The translations under genes were made by a program, and so were the position numbers. From positions 1 to 63,333 of the forward strand of contig JALDZX010000084.1 in NCBI GenBank assembly GCA_022813865.1: 63,333 bases of DNA, given 5' to 3'. Shown here piece by piece: positions 34,808-47,264 of the stretch; position 1 is the first letter of the stretch, and each line of letters opens with the position of its first letter. Origin of the DNA: Xylographa opegraphella. Taxonomy: Eukaryota. The notes below the pieces were generated by a model that did no database searches, was not told where the DNA came from, and saw only the letters and a program-made list of their open reading frames with translations.

Positions 34808-36512
34808 TCACAAACCCCCCCACCCCTCCCTAACCCTCACCCGGACCCTAAACGCCCTCGGCTCAGTCGTCAAGCTCGTCTTGACCGCATTACACGCCAG
34901 CGCATCCAGCACGGGCGCGTCGCGCGGATCCCGGGGCGGCAGGAAGCGCAGCGCGACCAAGAGGCGCACGAAGGCGGTGTACAGCTCGCGGTTGGCGAGG
35001 TGGGAGCCGGCGCACATGCGCGCGCCGGCGCCGTAGGCGTAGTGCGGGGTGCCGGTGCCGTCGGTGGTGCCCAGGTAGCGGTCCGGGAGGAAGAGGTGCG
35101 GGGTGGGGAAGTGCGTGGGGTCGTAGTTGGCGGCGTGGGCGTTCTGTGGGGGGATGGGGGGGTTAGTGTGGGGGATGGGAGGGGTGGGGGATTGTGGGGG
35201 TGGGGTGGGGTGGGGGTGGTTACCATGTAGAAGGTCGTGCCGGCGGGGATGGTGGCGTTTTGCCATTGGATGTCTTTGACGCTGACGCGCGGGAGGCAGA
35301 TGGGGATGACGGACCAGAAGCGCAGGACTTCTTTGACGAAGGCGGTGATGTACGGGATGCGTTCTTCCGCGAGGCACTTGTCCCATGCGTCGCCGTCGGG
35401 GTATACTTTTTGGATTTCGGCGTGGGCTCGTTCTTGGATTTCTTGGCCGTGGGGGGAGGATAGGTAGCCGATTGCCATGATGAGGTTGCCGGGTACGGTA
35501 TCCAGGCCGGCGGAGACCATGGTGAGGCAGATGGATTGGATCTCGGCTGGGGGGTAGCGTGTTAGTGGGTGAGGTGTGGCGGAGGAGATGGCTGACCTTA
35601 CCTTCGTTGAGGATTGCCTCTGGGTCCTTGAGGATGTTGCCCGTGATGCAAGGCTTGTCTTCCCCCTTCGCAATCTTATCCCTCAGCATATTCAGAAGCA
35701 AAGCCATGTACTTATCTCGCCGTGCCCGGTACTCGCCCGCTTGCGTGTTTCTGCTCGGCCACAGACGCAGCAGCGGGATATAGTCCTGCCAGTTATTGCT
35801 GGTGCTCCGAAGATTCGACACCACACGTTCAACGTGCACAATCTCTCGCAGAAGCTCGTCGTTGATATTGCCATCGATCCTGATACCATAGTTGAGCGTT
35901 AAGCTGGTGTTCAATGCAAAGCGCTGGAAATAGGGGTTCGGGTCGATATCGATCTCGCCGTTTTTACTGTCCGTGAGGAGTTCTTTGATGCTGGCTTTAC
36001 TCTCCAAGTCGATAATAGGCATGTAACTCTGTACGGCGGGCCGGTTCAGTGCGGTTGCAGCCGCCTTCCGGCGTCGCTTGCATGACTCATCCCACGGCGA
36101 CGTTCCGATGGTGAAGCCTTGAGAAGAACTCAGCACAGTGTGGAACGTGTGAAGCGTAGGCCTGGATATCAGAGCTGATTGGTTAGTGATCCAGAGATGT
36201 CTGACACTGTCGAAGGTATTCGCGAAAATAATTCGCTAGACATGAACCATCAGCTTGGTGTTACACGAGTTCACTCGTCTCAACGGTTCCGACCTTGTTT
36301 CCCATCCGGACCTGGAAGACCGGTCCATACTGCTTGACCCATGCACCTGCATTCTTTGCATGTTCATTGCCTAATTGAAGGAGATTTCCAAAGATAGGTA
36401 CTCCAGGGATCTCAGGAATGCCCTTGATCTTGGGGACATCTGTACGATTGAAGTAACGCAGGGCGAAGAAGAGGAGCGCTGCAATTGCTATGCCAATCGT
36501 TTGATACGCCAT
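34808..36512 (-). CDS. phacA: Cytochrome P450 CYP504A-like, phenylacetate 2-hydroxylase
   Basis: Exons 36512-36294, 36235-35602, 35546-35224, 35143-34808. SQGFTIGTSPWDESCKRRRKAAATALNRPAVQSY, AGLDT I-helix, EVLR, heme YGAGARMCAG. Confidence 0.92.
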
Positions 36513-36930
36513 GGCGCCACACTATTGTCGAAGGACGAAGTCCGTGAACAGTGGACAATCGCAAGTGTGAAACTTCGAACTTGGTCACGGAGCGAGTTAA
36601 TGACAAGGTTCGAACGGGCAATGCCTTTATGTCCTGACAGAAGACCTCCTTCACCTGAAGCTTTCTTGTCGTCGCTCTTCTCACCGGTCACTTCCGTCCG
36701 GGGTAGCGTGACGTAGGGTTGAAGTAAATGCGGGGAACGAAGCTAAGGGTTAGCCCTGCCGAAAAGGCGGAACGGAGCCGCCACGCGACAATCATCTTCA
36801 AGCAGCGACCAGTCAAGTCGTGCCGGAGATTTCCCCTGTTCGTCGGGTCATATTGCATAGCAAAGTCTCCGGCCAGCCTTGATCGAGTATTGAGTAACCA
36901 AAGTACATGCAACGTCTGCTGCATACACAA

Positions 36931-38330
36931 CTAGGAATCGCTCGCGAGATGTGCGGGCAGGATACTTCCTACACACTCACCAAAGCCAACTCGAGCTCCG
37001 TCACCGGTGACAGACCATCCTCGCATGGTGACAGTATCGCCATCGCATACGAAAGTCCGTTCCTCCCCGTCGTTGAGCTTGATAGGCACTCTTCCGTTCG
37101 AGCACTGCTCCAGCAAGCTTCCTTGTGTACCGGGTTCCGTACCACTGATGGTGCCGGATCCTAGGAGATCACCGACGCGCATTGGGCATCCAGTGACGGT
37201 GTGGTGTGCGAGCATTTGAGGGAAGGAGAACAGGAGGTTTTTAGCATTCGTGTGTGTGATAGTGGTCGTCGTTCCGGTCGGAGCTGCTTGACATCAGTAC
37301 TGATATCTTGTTGGAAGACATATACAGGGTAGCACAGACTAATCAGATCGACTTCAAGGTTGATATCGTAGACATTGTTGGTCTGGCCTTCCTGAAGATA
37401 TGGTAGTAATTCCGTCTCGTTTTCCAAGCCCCTACATCTGAAAGGTTCCAAAGCGTCCGCAAGAACTATCCATGGGCTGATGGAAGTCCCAAAATTCTTT
37501 GCATTGAATGGGCCTAAAGGTACATATTCCCAAGCCTGGATATCCCTTGCAGACCAGTCGTTCATCAGCACAAAGCCAAAGAGATGATCTTCTGCTTCAT
37601 TGACAGGTATGGGATCACCAATGTGATTCGGCTTGCACACAAACGCACCCAACTCAAGTTCAATATCCAAACGCTTGGAGGGATGGAACATCGGGACTTT
37701 GGGCTCCGCCATAGCGTTCTGTATGCTTTGGCCACATGGTCGTCGGATCTGCGTGCCTGATACAACAACCGAAGAGGCCCGTCCATGATATCCTACCGGT
37801 AAGTGATTATAATTAGGCTGCAAAGCATTGTCCGGACCTCGAAACAGGACTCCCACATTGTACGCATGATTTCGGCCCGCATAGAAGTCCGTGTAATCCC
37901 CAATCAGCATCGGTAGGTGATTTGTCACTTCAGTCAACGGTATCAAAACGTCATTTCGCGCCTTCAGATTGGACTTGAGTATGTGAGGGTGAACTGTGTC
38001 ATCTGCGAAGATATTTTGCAAGTACATTCGCACTTCGCGGTGAATTGAACGACCAAGAGCGGCAAAAGCATTCAGTGTTGGTTGGGAAAAGACGGCTAAT
38101 TCTTTTTGAATGGATGGCATTTCCGCAAACCCACCACCAGCAGCAAACATTTCTAGATCGAGTGCATATTCACCAATTGCCACCGCCGGACGATGCTTAC
38201 TTCTGGCTTCTGAGGAGATGATACCGAACGGTATGTTAGCCACGGAGAAGTGAGATTCGGCGGGTATAGGAATCCAGGATCGGGTAGTCATCGTCGTCTC
38301 CACACCGGACTTGGTCGCGCTGTCAACCAT
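36931..38330 (-). CDS. fahA: Fumarylacetoacetase
   Basis: Exons 38330-37340 and 37283-36931. SHFSVANIPFG, GDYTDFY, PVGYHGRASSVVVSG, LDIELE, NDWSARDIQAWEYVPLGPFNAKNF, GDLLGSGTISG. Confidence 0.95.
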
Positions 38331-38930
38331 GTCGAAGTATGGAGTTTGCCAGTAGCTCTGCGAATGATGATCTCGGAGTTCAACTATTGTATTACGCCGA
38401 TGACGATCAGCTCACACCTGATCAAGGATGGCATTATACGGCTTTCACGGTTGATGATTGAGCTCTTCTCCTTGGCAAGGATATCCGCAGAAGCCGCCAA
38501 GGCAGAACGAGGACTAGAGACCGATTCGGGCCTAGCGGCGAGCCACTTTGAACCTCGCCAATTCATCCGGCTTCTGTCTGAAAATGCAAGATAACTACGA
38601 GTCGTACGGGGAGGAAATAGGGAGACACTAGAGTGCGATTCCTTTGGTGAATCTTCCAACGAATCAGAAGGCTTATGTGAGATTTATCCTGCGTAAGCAG
38701 ATTTACTCAGGAGTAGGCTATGGAGTTGATCCACTCAGATCTATCAATTACAATTTCTAGCAATTGATCGAAGTCAGAGATCCACTCCGGCGCTGCTACG
38801 TGGTAGCAACGTAGGACCAAGTGATCGTTCCAGCAAGGAAAACATCTGTGCTGTATAGCAGGTCTCCCATTCATGAAATGCTCAGCCACCACCAGCCACA
38901 GCTGAAAAATTCCATCACCATGGAGCACTT

Positions 38931-40256
38931 TCACACTCCCCCCTGCTGTTCCGCCTGCGCCTCCCCCTTCTCCCCACCGGCAGCCTCATCTCTCTCGACC
39001 CAATGCCGCAGCGGTATAGTCAGCAAACTACTCAGCAGGACCTGAATGATCTGAAAGATCACCATCGGGATCCGCAGCTTCGAGGCCTCGACGTCGGACA
39101 AGCCAACGAACATGACGCTCGACAGGGGGACGCCCATAGCAGGCGTCTTCAAAGGAACGCAGAAGACGACGGCGATGGTGTCCTTCTTCGGCAGCCAGAA
39201 GATGGAAGCGACGAAGCAGATGGCCAGCCAGACGATGTAGAGGGCGGCGGAGATGAAGACGACGAAGATGACGTTGCTTCCCTGCACACTTTTGAACGCC
39301 CCGGATTCGAAAGCCTCGTCGAAGGTTTGCCAGATGATGACCAGGAGCGCGAACGAGACGAGCTTGTTGAGTTGCCAGGTGATGAAGATTTTCTTCGTCA
39401 AGTTGGGCAGGAGATTGAGCACGATTTGACCGACGAACTGTGTTCATGATCAGATTCCTTCGTATAGGGTACAAGCGACGTCTTCGAAGAAGACTTGGTA
39501 CAATGATATATTCACTTACAATGGGAAGGAACACGGTGAGACCAAGCTGCTTCAGAACCCGACTATATATTTCTTGGTAGCCGCCACCATTATTCGGCAA
39601 GCTATCTGTATACCATACTCCCGTGGAGAGGTACATATTGATGAGGACTGGGGACAAGAACGGGCCCAAGAAATTGCCGATGGTGGATTGCACAATCGTC
39701 AGTGCCTCGTTGCCATTGGCTTTCCGTGTCATCCTGACGTTGAAGGCTATGCTTGAGGAAGTTAGCGTCCTGACTGAACGTCAATAGTGCTGGATCCCAA
39801 CACCTACGTTGTCGGCAAACAACCCAGTACGATCATACCCACCAGTAAACTCGGATCCATGAAGTTCTTGTTGGTGGCAGCAGCACTAACCACCGCAAAC
39901 GTCACAGCGGAAGCCATCAGGTACGACTGCACCTGGATGAAAAGATGTGCTTTCCACCGGGAGAGATTGTCGACCAGGGTTCGCGTAGGCAGCGTAACTC
40001 CGTTGATGAAGAAGATCAGCGAGACGCACAAATAGTTGATGACGTTCTCCTTCTGGAACTGCTGCGCGGTTGGCACTTGCACCTGCGAGGATATGGCGAT
40101 CAGGATTCCCAGAATGAACAGAAACCATTGATCGAGGAGGAACCACGCAACGCGGTCTGCGTGTCTCCTGATTGCAGACTTTGGCGGATGCGTGTTGGGG
40201 GCGACTTCTTGTGTGCTCGATGCAGTTCCAGCCAGAACCGGGCCATTTGTGTCCAT
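38931..40256 (-). CDS. SBF-like (sodium/bile-acid symporter, SLC10A7/Rch1-like) membrane transporter
   Basis: Exons 40256-39808, 39751-39520, 39437-38931. DQWF, IFFING, LGCLPTTIAFNVRMTRKANGN, STIGNFLGPFLSP, FCVPLKTPAMGVPL. Multiple TM segments. Confidence 0.9.
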
Positions 40257-40732
40257 CGTTGGCTTCTAAGCAGCAAGACCTATGCTCAATACTCGAATCG
40301 GGCTGTGTAAGATTGCTTCCGGTGGAGGAAGGACGAGTGAGCTGTTCATTGCAGAAGCCGAGCAGTGGAAAGCTTTAAGCAGGTGGTGAACACCATGGGA
40401 TCAGGACCCGTGCGGCCTTCTCTCGCCAACTCGCCAAGGCTCTCCAGCCGACTTTTGTTGAGCGACTAATTCCCGTTTGAAGTCGTACGGCGATAAAGGC
40501 CAACGTCATCGTGTATCTCCGTTGGCGAGCGAGAGGCTCTGTGGATTATGCCCTTTCTAGGAAAGTGTCACCAAGTGTTCGGGCCGATCCCGTAGTCCGA
40601 TGTGGCGATCGCGCAGGGGCCGCGGAGATCAAACGTGGGCAGGACGAGCCAGTATTGAGATGATGGTTCTTATCAAGGGATGTTGGTCTTTTGTGCAACG
40701 GCCGGATCAGTTCCGGGCCAGTGTCGACGGAT

Positions 40733-40844
40733 GCCAAGACGTGCCAAGAGATGCCAAGGACGTCCAAGCTATGCCAAGACAAGATAGGTCATGCCAAGCC
40801 TGTTTATGCCAAGTGCAGCCAAGTGCGCAATATTGAACGCCAAG
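40733..40844 (+). promoter_or_regulatory. Array of 8 GCCAAG (PacC/Rim101 consensus GCCARG) sites
   Basis: GCCAAG at 40733, 40743, 40753, 40773, 40793, 40808, 40818 and 40839, plus TCCAAG at 40763. Outlying copies at 40433 and 41102. Confidence 0.75.
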
Positions 40845-41607
40845 ACGCCGCACCCGTTCTGCAGGTGTCGGTATCAAATGGATGGGAGGTTGCGGTGCGC
40901 GTGGGTGACACAGGAACCAGCAATAGCAGTCACACCGTTCTCCATCACGTCTTTATCAATTATGGAGCATCTTACCTGCGCATCAGCAGATCGTCAAGCC
41001 ATCGAGTAATCCCTTGGGACGTTCGCGATCGGCGTCGTCGGGAGCATACACAAGGTAAGGCAAAATTGTTTGTATCCAGTGCCAACAGCCTCGAGGCACC
41101 TGCCAAGGCCGAGAACAATGTCGTGCTCTGTCTGAAGTGGTAATCAGAAATCCCATGCCTTCTAATCGCATTGCTCGACTTCGTGCATGTGAATCTTACC
41201 TTTCCCGCCCACATGGTGAAGTCATGGCACTGAGTTATGGCTCAAACACAACGCTGTGGGTACTGGCTTATCTCAATGCCTCTTGTCATTGGTGCACCTG
41301 GCGGAACAGACTGCCAAATTTGATATCGACAAAGAATTGCTGCGGTGTGTCTTCCGTCTCGGACTTCTTGTCGATCAATCAGTTTCATCGGCATGCTGAA
41401 GCCCGAGCGTACAGCTCGTGAGTCTCGGCTTTTCGCTTCAGTATCTAGCACGTTCTGTGGCGATTGTCTTGGCCACGGATCGGGGGGTATATATGTACAT
41501 ATCTGTTCTTCGCAATGAATGCTTCCTCTATCACGTAGTCAGTACACTTGGTCTCTGATTTCCACTTTCGATAGAACCAACAACACATTCAAATCAGCTT
41601 CACCGCT

Positions 41608-42775
41608 ATGTCGACCGTTTCGAAAGCCCTGGCCGCGTTCAAGCCGCAGACGCTTGGAAGACCTGCTTCGCTGATAGATAGAGCTGTGCCAACAAGCCTA
41701 GCCCAGAACAGCAAGCAACACACGCATTCCATCACGACCAAGTCCTTTGAGACAGCACGGACCATGGTGACCGTCGCTCAGCCGATGGTGAGCAACTACT
41801 ATCCAGAAAAACATCCCTTGGTCCAGGAAGCGAGCTATCTTCGAAGCATGGTCAAGGAAGCCCCGTACATATTTGAGACGCAAGAACCGACCGATTCTGA
41901 TGCGTATCGGTTCCCACTCGGTACTCTGTTCAAGGCACCGACCCCGGAAGTCGGCCTTTATATGAAGGACATGCAAGCCTTGGCACTCAAGGAACATGGT
42001 ATCGTCGGCATCGAGCTCGGCTTCAACGATCCAGACAGCCACTTCATGCTCAAGCTCGTGGAAGCCATGGGGTGTACTCCCGACTCACACTCGAGCACCC
42101 AAGGCGCTCTCTGGTAAGTCCCATCATCAATCCTCGGGGATCCCATACTGATTCTCAAGGGATGTTACATATCGCCCCGAAGGGACAACAGGTGGCAACG
42201 GCGACATTGCTCACAGCCGATCCCATTCCCTTGGAGAGTTCGCGTGGCACACGGATGGTAGCTATGAGCCAGTGCCCCAGCGATACTTCGGCTTCCATAT
42301 CCTGCACCCCGACAAGCAAGGCGGGGGCGTATTCCGCGTCCTCAAAGCCGACGACCTCATCTCCATGCTGTCTCCACAGGCCGCAGACATCCTCATCAAC
42401 ACCGAGTTTGACATCAAGGTCCCCGCCGAATTTTATCGAGGAGTGGAGTCGAACAAGGGCAAGTTGCTGGAGCTGGATGACCAGACTGGCCGAGTGTATG
42501 TTCGCTTCCGCCGCGACATTCTGCCGGATCCACCAAGCTCCGATCCGGCTGCGTGCGAGGCGGTTGAGGAGCTGAACAGGCTGCTTGACCAATCGGAGGG
42601 GCTAGGCACCTCGGTGCCCAACTCTGTCTTCAAGGAGAATACAATCTTGCTGATGGATAACGCTCGCTTCTTACACATGCGCACTGATATCAAGGATCCC
42701 AAGAGGTGGCTGCGACGAGTGAGGTTCCATGGTAATCCGGGACACAAGGCGAAGAGTGAGTTCCCCCTTTGGTAG
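41608..42775 (+). CDS. TauD/TfdA (clavaminate-synthase-like) Fe(II)/2-oxoglutarate dioxygenase
   Basis: Exons 41608-42113 and 42160-42775. HxD motif in FAWHTDGSYE, distal His and Arg in DNARFLHMR...RWLRRVRF. Confidence 0.88.
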
Positions 42776-44205
42776 AGGCAAGTTCAGAATCTGCCTGGTG
42801 TGCTAGCAACGGTGGGTATCCTGGTTCTGAAACGAACGCTCTGTTGCTGATCCTTCCACCGCTATAGAGAGATATAACAATCGATCTCCGCTTCGTAGGA
42901 AATGTTGCGGGCGCTGTGCTGTATGTCCTTGCACCGTTAAATCCCAGAAGCTACTGCCTTAGACTTGTGAGAGAGATGCTGGAACCAGGGTTGATATCAT
43001 GGGGAGAGTTGGATAACGGCCGATACCACATAAAGAGAAATCTAGAGTTTTGGGCCCTTCGTTTGAATTGTTTGTCCGTCTCATTCGATAGAATTAGGAA
43101 ATTGCCAATTGACTTCTTACACGACGAACCGCTGGGCACCGTACCATGCAATCAACATTACACATACACACGACATGAAGCTTGATAGATCATAGGGCAT
43201 AGCCATCTTGCCCACATATTAATTGAGAAAGCATTTGGTACATAGAGTATAGACCCAGATAAATGATTGCATATATGTATCAAAACATCGCAGCAAGTAG
43301 CTTTACGAAGCATACACGTCCACTAAAACCACCTACCGCTGATCAAGTTGAAGCCTGCAAACAATCGAACTACTCCATACAGCTTCCCTCACAATCGACA
43401 TGACAGCCCCTCCACCTACCGCTCCTTCCAGCGCCATCTGTGATAATGGTAGGGCCACACCGCGGCAAATATTTCAGACGAGTGTGATGCATCAGCTATA
43501 AGGTATCCTCATGACTGGCTGAAAGCCATGCGTCCTATTTCACAGCGGTACATCGGACCACGGTGGAAGCTGTGACCCCGACCGCATTAGCGGCTATGTA
43601 GGCCAGTCTAGAATTCAGCGCAGTCCAATGGAAATGTGGTCTGGAGAGCTCCTCCCCTCCCGGATATCCAAAGGAGGTAATTTGGCTGAGGTAGATCGCC
43701 GCGTGTGGCTGGCTGAGGGGAGGAGAGCGGGCCGCTTTGTCGTCGATATTCGTCCAATCAGATCGCACCAAAGCTATAAGGGAGCTTGGTTCCGGCATTC
43801 CCTTCAATCCTCATTCACTTCGTGCTGTTTCTCGAGGCTCCGGCTAGCATGATCTTCTTCAATAGTCTGTGTCATGCATGTGGAAAGGTCCCGCTCGAGC
43901 TTGCGGCGCGTTGACTGCACCGTGGATGGACTATCGATTTGTGTCCTGATATGGCAACGTGAAGGACAATGCCTGTCCGTCTTCTTCAAATGGTGCTGCT
44001 GATGGATCAGCCATGGATCATTCCCAGCTGACCATTGACGGACGTGCAGCTGTGTGACTGCCGATATATAGCTGGCCATGGGACGAGTCCTCAGTCGTCC
44101 TTCTTGGAGTCATCGCCGGATTCCTACTCAAATCTGCTTCGTACTTGTATCAGTGCCGTTCTCCTTGGTTAGCATAGATCGTCGTTGAGTCTTGACTTTG
44201 CCACA

Positions 44206-46780
44206 ATGCGTATCGACGCGGTGTGGGCTGGGTTCATTTACTTCCTGGACATCATCACGTTTCAGTCACCAAAACATGACGCTGTCGAGCAGGCTCCTGT
44301 CCTTGGTGATGCTCACTTCGAAGAGCTGCCCCCTGGCCCTATCTTTACGCCGCCAAGTGCAGATCTTGGAGATAAGATCGAATGTGACTATACGAAGATG
44401 ATTGGGTGGAAGGCTTGCTCATCGGAGACCGATCGTGGATGCTGGTTGAAAGGTCCGAAAGGGGAATATTTTGGCATTAATACGAATTATGAATTGTTTG
44501 TACCAACGGGTATTAATCGTCAGGTACTCCTCTCTCTGATAGCTTTTTACCACTGTTTCTGAACCCTGCGACTAGTACTATCTCGAAGTTACAGACGAAG
44601 AAGGTGCGCTAGATGGCGTTCTCAATACCGGTCTGAAGCTGTTCAACAAGCAATATCCTGGGCCGTGGATACGTACGTGTGTATCTCGTGGTAGTTAATT
44701 GCAATACTGATGTTGGTGTAGAAGCATGTTGGGGAGATACTCTAGGTTGTTTACAACTCGAGGTCTGGTTTCGGAAGCTTCTTACATTCGGTAGAGATTA
44801 CGGTTAAGAACAAGCTTAAGAAGAATGGAACAACAGTACACTGGCATGGTCTACGTCAGTTGGATACGACGGATATGGATGGCGTCAATGGTAAGTATCG
44901 GCCTTTTTCTGCACTTGCCAAGACCCATCCATGTACTTTTTATTGTCGTCCCCTATATTGTCCGAGGCGGGTGGGTGTCAAAACGCTCTGAAACTGCGCT
45001 GATAGCCTGAAAGGAGTCACGCAGTGCCCGATTGCAGTAAGGCCAGTTGTATCCGTGGGGAAGCCCTTCTAACGGTATAGCCTGGCCAAAGCTTTACATA
45101 TAAATTTCGAGCAATGCAATACGGATCTTCATGGTAGGTGGGCATCGGAAACCATAGGGGGAATACCATTACTAAAACCTTCTAGGTACCACAGTCATTA
45201 CTCGCTACAGGTACGTTTTATAAAGGGCCTATTCAGTCAAAGACTCATTGCATGCTGATTACAACACCTAGTATGGGGATGGCATGTTGTAAGCTGTCAC
45301 TAGAAGCTTATTTTGAAGGATGTTTAGAAGGCTGACTGGATCAGGGGCCCGATGACTATCCATGGACCGTCCTCTGCCTCTTATGATGATGCGAGGGCCC
45401 CCATTCTGATGACCGACTGGCTACACAGAAGCGCGTTCGACATCTGGTCTGAAAGTATTCACTATGGTACATCTTTCAGAATGGACAACATACTAGTAAA
45501 CGGAAAAGGATTACCGCCACCGAACACTCCCGCCGAGTCTATCAAAGGAAACCCGGAGAGATATAGCCTAGTGTTTGAAACTGTAAGAAATGACCTAGCA
45601 TGGACGAAGTTGTTGTCGTGCTGATGTTCTCTACAGGGAAAGCGATACTTGCTGCGCCTGATCAATACGTCGGTAGATACTGCTTTCATCTTTGCCATCG
45701 ACAACCATACAATGGAACTAGTTGGAGCCGATTTTGTGCCTATTCATGCTAATGAAACCGACCATGTTGTTGTTGGAATCGGTAAGCCCATCAACATACG
45801 CTGGCTTCGAGGTGTAGACTTAATTTCGAAGGGCAACGTTATCATGTCATCGTTCAGGCGAAAGACAGAGCGGACCATCCCGCTACAGACGGGAATTACT
45901 GGCTCCGTACTTGGCCGGCAAAAGGATGCGGAAGGTACAGAGATGCCCCGTCTGAGAAGACAGGGGTGGTTCGGTATAATTCATCAAGCACGAGCGACCC
46001 CACCACGCAGAACAGAAACTACTCTCTGAAATGCCGTGATCAGGATTATAATACACTGCGACCTATCCTAGAATGGCAAGTAGGACCACCTGGGAATTTA
46101 GGTAGGTCAATCAGCCAAGCGTGTACCACGGCCCCTGACCGTCTTCAATAGCCAAGAATAGTTACTTCGAGGTCGGCCTAGACCCTACCAGCGGGAAACC
46201 TTTCTACCCGGAAGACAAGCAGCTCAACCGCTGGAACATGTTCACCGACACTATGTGGCTCGACTTCTCCAGCCCCACATTGGCCAACATCAACAAGTCG
46301 TGCTCCAGCTGGGACAAGAACTTCGTCGTCATCACCGAGAACCAGAAGCCGGACACGTGGATCTACCTCCTCGTCTCCGGCACCGGCATCCCCCGCACCG
46401 GGCGCTTCTTCCCTCCCGCCGCGCACCCCATCCATCTGCACGGGCACGACTTCGCCATCCTCGAGCAGTCCGAGAAGCCGTACCAGATCGGCGTGCTGAA
46501 CCTCAAGCTGGACAATCCGCCACGGAGGGACGTCGCCCTGCTGCCCGCGGACGGCTACCTCGTGCTGGCGTTCAAGTCGGACAATCCGGGCGCTTGGCTC
46601 ATGCACTGCCATATCGCGTGGCACGCTTCCGGCGGGCTGGCGCTGCAGATTTTAGAGAATGAGGCGCAGATTAGGATGAGTGAGCAGCAGAAGAGGGACT
46701 TGAAGAATACGTGTGACGATTGGAAGCTTTGGAGGGCGAGGGCAGGAGTGGGTTTTGAGCAGGATGATTCCGGGATTTGA
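44206..46780 (+). CDS. Laccase / multicopper oxidase (AA1, ascomycete type)
   Basis: 12 exons: 44206-44523, 44576-44672, 44722-44745, 44795-44890, 45014-45036, 45081-45133, 45186-45210, 45272-45288, 45345-45582, 45637-45781, 45832-46101, 46152-46780. Copper motifs [24 protein letters not shown]. Axial Leu and C-terminal DSGI plug. Confidence 0.93.
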
Positions 46781-46936
46781 GGGGGGGTGGGATTGGNNNN
46801 NNNNNNNNNNNNNNNGGGGGGTATTGGTTATGTACTTTTGGTGCTGTGGAGAGGTGGTTTGTGTATGTGTTTTTTTCTGGCTCGGGTACTGTATCTTACA
46901 TGACAACTGTGTTGTGCTATTTCTGTTTCTACCAAC

Positions 46937-47264
46937 TGTGTTGTGCCAAATGTGGTGTGCCAAATGTGGTGTGCCAAATGTGGTGTGCCAAATGTGGTGT
47001 GCCAAATGTGGTGTGCCAANNNNNNNNNNNNNNNNNNNNNNNNNNNNNNNNNNNNNNNNNNNNNNNNNNNNNNNNNNNNNNNNNNNNNNNNNNNNNNNNN
47101 NNNNNNNNNNNNNNNNNNNNNNNNNNNNNNNNNNNNNNNNNNNNNNNNNNNNNNNNNNNNNNNNNNNNNNNNNNNNNNNNNNNNNNNNTGTGGTGTGCCA
47201 ATTGTGGTGTGCCAATTGTGGTGTGCCAATTGTGGTGTGCCAATTGTGGTGTGCCAATTATGGT
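46937..47264. repeat. 14-bp tandem repeat (TGTGGTGTGCCAAW)n spanning an assembly gap
   Basis: About 6 copies of TGTGGTGTGCCAAA left of the N-run and about 5 copies of TGTGGTGTGCCAAT right of it. Confidence 0.93.

Noticed and set aside
38400..38930. Expected homogentisate dioxygenase next to fahA
   Set aside because: No hmgA-like motifs seen in the frames examined, and the space is too short.
46937..47264. Telomere or PacC-site array
   Set aside because: The unit is not TTAGGG and is interstitial. GCCAAA/GCCAAT do not match GCCARG.
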